64,000 bases of DNA from Eledone cirrhosa (taxonomy: Eukaryota). Of the stretch, positions 57,906 through 64,000 are shown in pieces. The notes beneath the pieces are model-generated. The model was not told the origin of the DNA, made no database searches, and saw only the letters and a program-made list of their open reading frames with translations. The stretch covers positions 263,376,001-263,440,000 of the forward strand of contig OZ024743.1 in assembly GCA_964016885.1 (NCBI GenBank), read 5' to 3'. A program made the translations under genes and the position numbers. Positions within the stretch are counted from its first letter, which is position 1. Each line of letters starts with the position of its first letter.

Positions 57906-58604
57906 AATATAATTTCAGCGATATCGTATATCGGCGGTGGCCAAAAACATATCTTCGAGATATGCGGCAAGCGCTCAATGGACTAAAAGAAGACCACAGC
58001 AATTAACATACGTTTTAGAAGCCAGACAAAATGAAAACAGTGGTCGTGAAGTCATCAGCCACCGGAGCCAAAATAACGAAGCAAGCTAAACAGGTTAACA
58101 AAATAATTTACCTGGACCTCCTGGAAATTGTTAGTAGAATCCATTGGGAGGTTTCTGTGACTCCTCATTCAATTATACTGCCTGATTTCGTTGTAAGCTT
58201 TTGGTATAACGATCGAACAAGGCAGCCATTTCGTCAACAGTTATTTTGTTCTCAGCCGACCAGCGGGTTCCAATGCAGTAGTAATGGTAGAGTGACTAAC
58301 CCACGTGTTTACCCTGCAAGGGAGATAATCCCGGTTTTTGGCGGATGCATTCAAAATGTGTAAATGTATTGCAAAAATTGCAAAAAACTGCACAAATCGA
58401 AGTAAGCACTCGACCGGGTTGTTTTTAAATAAACTTAAGAAATTAATTAGTCAATAGAATTGTCTAATTGAATTAACTAATTAATTGCTAGGTCCGGGAG
58501 ATTAATACAAATATAATTTCAGCGAGATCGTATATCGGTGGTGGCCAAAAAACAAAACGAAACGCAATCTTCGAGATTAGCGGCAAGCGCTCAATGGACT
58601 AAAA
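57901..58604. mobile_element. Terminally redundant element (~90-100-bp direct repeats 604 bp apart) in (TA)n
   Basis: atacaaatataatttcagcga.atcgtatatcgg.ggtggccaaaaa...gcggcaagcgctcaatggactaaaa at 57901 and 58505. Confidence 0.85.
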
Positions 58605-58811
58605 TATATATAGATATATATGAAGTATTTCCGTAGGAAGGGTAAAGGAAAGGAGTGTTCTATGTAAGCTACAGACCTATTTAGTTATGTAATAAACAAC
58701 ATAAGACAATTATTCCCAAGATTTCACGAAGACAGACGAGCTCGACACAGACGTCTGAAATCGCTTATTAGAATTTACCTTTGGTATAGGGTTTAATTGC
58801 CTTATTTTGTT

Positions 58812-58916
<105 letters not shown>

Positions 58917-59672
58917 TAAAACAATCAAATCTTAGTTTAATACATTTATTTGCTGATAATTGTTGCTGGAATCATCGCATGATAGAGAATGTTTAAACAG
59001 GTGATTAAAATCCTGGTTTTCAGAACATTTAGGTAGATACATAACTATTGTCAGTGTCAGTGACATCATGTAGAAAATCGGGAGTTAAAAAAGAATGTTA
59101 TGCTTCAGAAAACACAGTATAAGGAGCAATGGTGAAAAGTTAAAAAATTAAGCATATTATGTATAAAAAGATATTGTTTAAGGTAATACATGTGCAAAAG
59201 GTACAAGCAAAAAAAAAGATGTAAGATAAGATAGATAAAAGATATCATAGTGTTGGAAATCAATTAATGTTAAGGGTATATAATGCAAAGGTCAATACAA
59301 TTAATAAAAGCATGTATGAGGTAAGAGTTATATTATAACTGAAACAAGCATATTTCATGTAGAATGTAAAAGCACGTTACAAGTGTTTAAATGTTTAAAT
59401 AAATAAAAAATGGTATCCTATATGGTAGAGAGAAATGTGGTGATAAACTGGATATATGTTATGTAAAATGTAATGTAAAGCACGTGATTAAATTAGGTAA
59501 TTTTCATTCATGAAGTTTTATATTGGAGTTCGTATATAGATGTATACGTTGGGTGTAACCATGGAATTTTCTCAGTTTTAGATGTAATGTTTTTGAGATG
59601 TGTATAGTTTAAAGATATGTGTTTGGTAAAGATACATTTCACTGAAATACTGGCCATGTTGTTATAGTAAAT

Positions 59673-59702
59673 ACTAGCAGAATGGCCCGGCGTTGCACGG
59701 GA
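59673..59702 (-). mobile_element. Helitron 3' terminus
   Basis: Reverse complement cccgtgcaacgccgggccattctgCTAGT: a GC hairpin about 8 nt before CTAG followed by T. Confidence 0.7.
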
Positions 59703-59931
59703 TTCTAAACATAGATTGGCATGTGTTATCCCCCCTTTCTGAAACAGTACAGAGAAGTACAGAATACCTCGGCCTCCGGATGGTGTCTACATTTTGTGCT
59801 TATAAAAAACATTCGACGTAGATTACCAGGGTTTTTTTTCCGTGCGAAGAAAATCAATACTTTATCGTGAAATAAATACTTTTGTTTATATTTTGTTATT
59901 GTGTATGCAAAAATATCTGTACACGAATATA

Positions 59932-60005
<74 letters not shown>

Positions 60006-60123
60006 TAACAGATTAAAGTTTAAGCAAAGAATCGCTGTTTTCACCCTTAACGGGATCTTCTGAAACTAGAAATATTAATCTGTGAACGCAAAAGTAAATA
60101 TTTCGATAAACGTTACACACACA

Positions 60124-60174
<51 letters not shown>

Positions 60175-60179
<5 letters not shown>

Positions 60180-60687
60180 GGAATAGAATGAAACGAAATT
60201 TCATTTCTCACTCTTAATACGGCACTTTCTTAAATGTAAGTATGTATGTATGTAAACGTACATACATATATGTATACAGACGTACAGTAGTATGTATATA
60301 TATACATACATGCACACATATATATATATATATATGCACGTATCGGTTTACCGAACATTTATTATAATGCTCGGTTTGTTTGTTTGTAAACAAACAGCCC
60401 GAATTACGCTGTACAGTGTTTAGGCAACCACGTCACCTTTTTGTTGAACACCGGCACTGACACATCGTTCCTGTGTCAGTGTTGAACAAAAAGGTGACGT
60501 GATTGCCTAAACACTGTACGGCGTAATTCGGGCTGTTTGTTTGCTTACAAACAAACAAACCGAGCATTATAATAAATGTTCGGTAAACCGATACGTGCAT
60601 ATATATATATGTGTGCATGTATGTATATATATACATACTATTGCACGTCTGTATACATATATGTATGTACGTATACATACATACATA

Positions 60688-60691
<4 letters not shown>
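60175..60691. repeat. Fold-back palindrome of family F1 (~225-bp arms, 7-nt loop, ~60-nt tail) in (TA)n
   Basis: 60237-60464 is the reverse complement of 60472-60691; the right arm is homologous to 36063-36278. Confidence 0.93.
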
Positions 60692-60748
<57 letters not shown>

Positions 60749-60792
60749 AAAGGATAACATGGACGATTGATTACTCCTTCATTGCATTTATT

Positions 60793-60852
60793 GGTAGGTG
60801 ACGCGCGTTTCGCCACTGATCAACTCAAGGTTCGATCTGTATCGATCCTACC
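60793..60852 (-). ncRNA. Degenerate hammerhead (5' core lost)
   Basis: Minus strand: ggtagg...tggc-GAAA-CGCGCG-TC-acctacc-AATAAA. Stem I and palindromic stem III retained, no CTGANGA. Confidence 0.5.
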
Positions 60853-61384
60853 CGACTCAATAATCGGCGGCTTGACGGACCCTTTAAAATGCTATAAGAA
60901 AATGAAATACATGCTATGTGGTAAAGCCAGAATTTCAAGAGGTTGACAAAATGAGTTGTTTTGATTGGTGGGAAGGATCAAAGGGATGTACTGGCCTGTA
61001 GTGTATGTAGTGGTGGATGTGATGATGAGATATTGGTGACGGTCGCTGGCTGGGTGGGCTGTGGTGGTGGCGGGTTGGCCTTGGCCTGTAGTGTATGTGG
61101 GGTCGATGTGATGATAAGATGGTGGTTATGGTCGGTTACTGGGATGGGCTGTGGTGTGAAGTTAGTGGGCTGTCGGTAGACGGGTTGGCGTGTGTGGGGT
61201 GTGGTCGTGGTGTTGTTGTTTATGGTAGTAGCGTTTGTGGTGGTGTGGTGGATGTGTTGGTGGTGTCTAGTCCTTGGGGAGATACATACCTAGACACTCT
61301 TAGTCTGACAAATACGTTGTATCTATATACATATATGTATACAGGCATTGCTTTATATCTGGAGATCTCTCTGCACTTGTCGTC

Positions 61385-61565
61385 ACATGGTACCAAGGGC
61401 AAAGCACTATGTGTCAATAATTGTCACAAGTGTAGTGTTTGTACCAGAGTTTTCAAGTCACTGGCTGGACTAAAAAGTCACACTCGTTCAGCGCATCGGT
61501 AGGGGTTCTCCTACATGGATATAAAGTAGTGGCCGTACTCGAAAACGAGTTGGCAGCCACCATAC
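61385..61565 (+). pseudogene. RTE-type LINE extreme 3' end with C2H2-like finger
   Basis: CSVCTRVFKSLAGLKSHTRSAHR*, then a short 3' UTR with hairpin actcgaaaacgagt running into a microsatellite. Confidence 0.6.
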
Positions 61566-62059
61566 ATGCGCATATATACTGATATATATACACACGACCC
61601 CCCCACACACCCGCGCCCACACATATCCACACACACATATATATATATCTCCATATGCATATATATACACATGTATGTGCATGCGCGCGTGTGGTTATAT
61701 ATAGGGAGAGTGGGGGAGTATCAGTGGTGGTGGCGTAGGACAAAGATGGAGGGAAGGTGAGAGCCAATGGAGATGGTGTTATACATATAGACATACACAT
61801 ATATATACACATACAGATATGCGCACATACACGTACACACGCGTATACATAAACATACACATACACACACACACACGTATACACACACATACACACACAT
61901 ACATACACATACATGTATATATACACACACATATATATATATTTTTTCTAAACTATCTAAGTATTGGACTCTAACCATTATATTAAGTATTACCACCCCA
62001 CCTTTTGTATGTGCGGATGTGTGTGTGTGTCTGTCGAGGTGGGTGTGAGTGTAGTGCAA

Positions 62060-62550
62060 GCCAACCTACATAAGCCTTTTTATTTGTAAACTTTCTACTC
62101 CAACCATAATTTTCAGTAGCACCACTCCACATTAATTCCTCAATTTAAGAATGACCTGTAGTATCTATTTCATACTATTAACCTTATTTGAAAATATATC
62201 TGACCAAGAATGCCTTTTTGTGAAAATCAGTCATGTGGAACTATTGTCATCTTGCCTGATGGTTTGAACCTTACAGAACCTCCTGCATCTTTGAGGTCAA
62301 ATACCACCTACTACCATCTACAAACTGACCAATGAGAATCAAAACTATTCCTGCCGACATCAAATTATTCCTAACAAGCTCATATGTCCCAAGGCTCTGA
62401 TACCATCAACACTATACACACAGAGCTGGCATATCTAAGAACTGACTAACTGTCTGATGAGGTCATAGCCATTCAATGGCTATCATCGAAATATATATAG
62501 CAGTAAATAAAGGATTATGAGTTCATGCAATTGACTTATGTTTCGTCACT
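62060..62550 (+). mobile_element. Degenerate Penelope-like 3' end (GIY-YIG remnant, HHR, AATAAA) ending at (TA)n
   Basis: CENQSCGTIVILPDGLNL resembles the L.T..P.GLN terminus of PLE endonucleases; an HHR lies about 190 nt downstream. Confidence 0.6.
62449..62504 (+). ncRNA. Hammerhead ribozyme motif
   Basis: actgt-CTGATGA-ggtcatagccat tca atggctatcatc-GAAA-TATATA-TA-gcagt. Confidence 0.87.
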
Positions 62551-62928
62551 ATATATATATATATATGTTATGGAATACTGTTAGCTTATCGCTAAAACAA
62601 TTTCTATACCTTTCATTTATATATATATATATATAAAAACAAATAACGAAACGAAATTAAATTTCGTTTCGTTTGTAACTCACTTTTGTATGACTGACGC
62701 TTAAACAATTAAGTTAAAAATGTACATCTACATATGCATACTGAAATACTAGTGTGTATATGAATACACACACGTATACATATGCAGATGTAACAAGTCT
62801 TTCACTGGTTGCTTTACTGTGAGCAACCCAGCTATTCTGTATGTAAACACACAGACAAACCGGTTTTTAGAGTCATACTGGTTTTCGAGGAAACACCTTC
62901 CCTCTATTCTCCAGAAAGCCAGACAAGG

Positions 62929-62973
62929 AATATTGAACTAGTTTCGTTGTTGTTACAACTCATCAGCAATATT
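62929..62973 (-). ncRNA. Intact minimal hammerhead ribozyme
   Basis: Minus strand: aatattg-CTGATGA-GTTGT aaca ACAAC-GAAA-CTAG-TT-caatatt. Confidence 0.93.
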
Positions 62974-63784
62974 TACCTATCTACCGGCCTTTCTGGAGAA
63001 TTGTAAAAGCACATATCGTTATATGCTTTTTCTATGAAAATTAGTAGTGGGCAGACTAATTTGCATAGAGTGTGAGTACGCACCGGTTCAGCGGAGACGA
63101 TAAAAACAAATAACGAAACGAAATTAAATTTCGTTTCGTTTGTAACTCACTTTTGTATGACTGACGCTTAAACAATTAAGTTAAAAATGTACATCTACAT
63201 ATGCATACTGAAATACTAGTGTGTATATGAATACACACACGTATACATATGCAGATGTAACAAGTCTTTCACTGGTTGCTTTACTGTGAGCAACCCAGCT
63301 ATTCTGTATGTAAACACACAGACAAACCGGTTTTTAGAGTCATACTGGTTTTCGAGGAAACACCTTGTCTGGCTTTCAGGAGAATAGAGGGAAGGTGTTT
63401 CCTCGAAAACCAGTATGACTCTAAAAACCGGTTTGTCTGTGTGTTTACATACATAATAGCTGGGTTGCTCACAGTAAAGCAACCAGTGAAAGACTTGTTA
63501 CATCTGCATATGTATACGTGTGTGTATTCATATACACACTAGTATTTCAGTATGCATATGTAGATGTACATTTTTAACTTAATTGTTTAAGCGTCAGTCA
63601 TACAAAAGTGAGTTACAAACGAAACGAAATTTAATTTCGTTTCGTTATTTGTTTTTATCGTCTCCGCTGAACCGGTGCGTACTCACACTCTATGCAAATT
63701 AGTCTGCCCACTACTAATTTTCATAGAAAAAGCATATAACGATATGTGCTTTTACAATTCTCCAGAAAAGCCGGTAGATAGGTA

Positions 63785-63829
63785 AATATTGCTGATGAGT
63801 TGTAACAACAACGAAACTAGTTCAATATT
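63785..63829 (+). ncRNA. Intact minimal hammerhead ribozyme, mirror copy
   Basis: aatattg-CTGATGA-GTTGT aaca ACAAC-GAAA-CTAG-TT-caatatt; predicted cleavage after 63822. Confidence 0.93.
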
Positions 63830-64000
63830 CCTTGTCTGGCTTTCTGGAGAATAGAGGGAAGGTGTTTCCTCGAAAACCAGTATGACTCTAAAAACCGGTT
63901 TGTCTGTGTGTTTACATACAGAATAGCTGGGTTGCTCACAGTAAAGCAACCAGTGAAAGACTTGTTACATCTGCATATGTATACGTGTGTGTATTCATAT

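Larger units (their letters stand above)
62634..64000. mobile_element. Mirror array of a 467-nt non-coding HHR-containing unit (retrozyme/pLTR-like)
   Basis: Unit repeats at 62634 and 63101. The left arm ends at 63366 and its reverse complement runs from 63392 past the window end. Confidence 0.95.

Noticed and set aside
60016-60068. Minus-strand hammerhead (CAGAAGA-t-CCC gttaa GGG-t-GAAA)
   Set aside because: U4 is mutated and stem III is irregular; plausible decayed copy but not called.
61420-61502. Host C2H2 zinc-finger gene
   Set aside because: Single finger directly followed by a stop and a LINE-like 3' end; fits an RTE terminus.
62809-63949. MLYCEQPSY... ORFs on both strands
   Set aside because: Short, non-ATG starts; they recur only because the 467-nt unit is repeated and mirrored.
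62634-64000. Pure assembly or read fold-back artefact
   Set aside because: Arms differ by a few substitutions, and the junction has a 25-nt spacer with microhomology next to the HHR cut. Read-level confirmation is still needed.

Overview
AT-rich, microsatellite-dense eukaryotic DNA with no recognisable host exon. The SINE repertoire suggests an octopod cephalopod (inference, no search run). Standard content: a 5.1-kb 37-bp minisatellite, many tRNA-derived SINEs, a near-full-length disabled L1/Tx1-clade LINE plus two truncated relatives, RTE and CRE LINE fragments, Penelope-like (PLE) GIY-YIG remnants and a Helitron end. The striking signal is about a dozen complete or near-complete hammerhead ribozyme (HHR) motifs plus several half motifs, most in non-coding elements next to (TA)n. 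Many of these elements are fold-back palindromes whose centres fall at the HHR cleavage site or just upstream of the GAAA (inferred stem II). The clearest case is a young 467-nt HHR-bearing tandem unit in a mirror array at the window end. Together these suggest a retrozyme/PLE-pLTR-like system in which the ribozyme sets the point of cDNA self-priming. All alignments and folds were done by eye.
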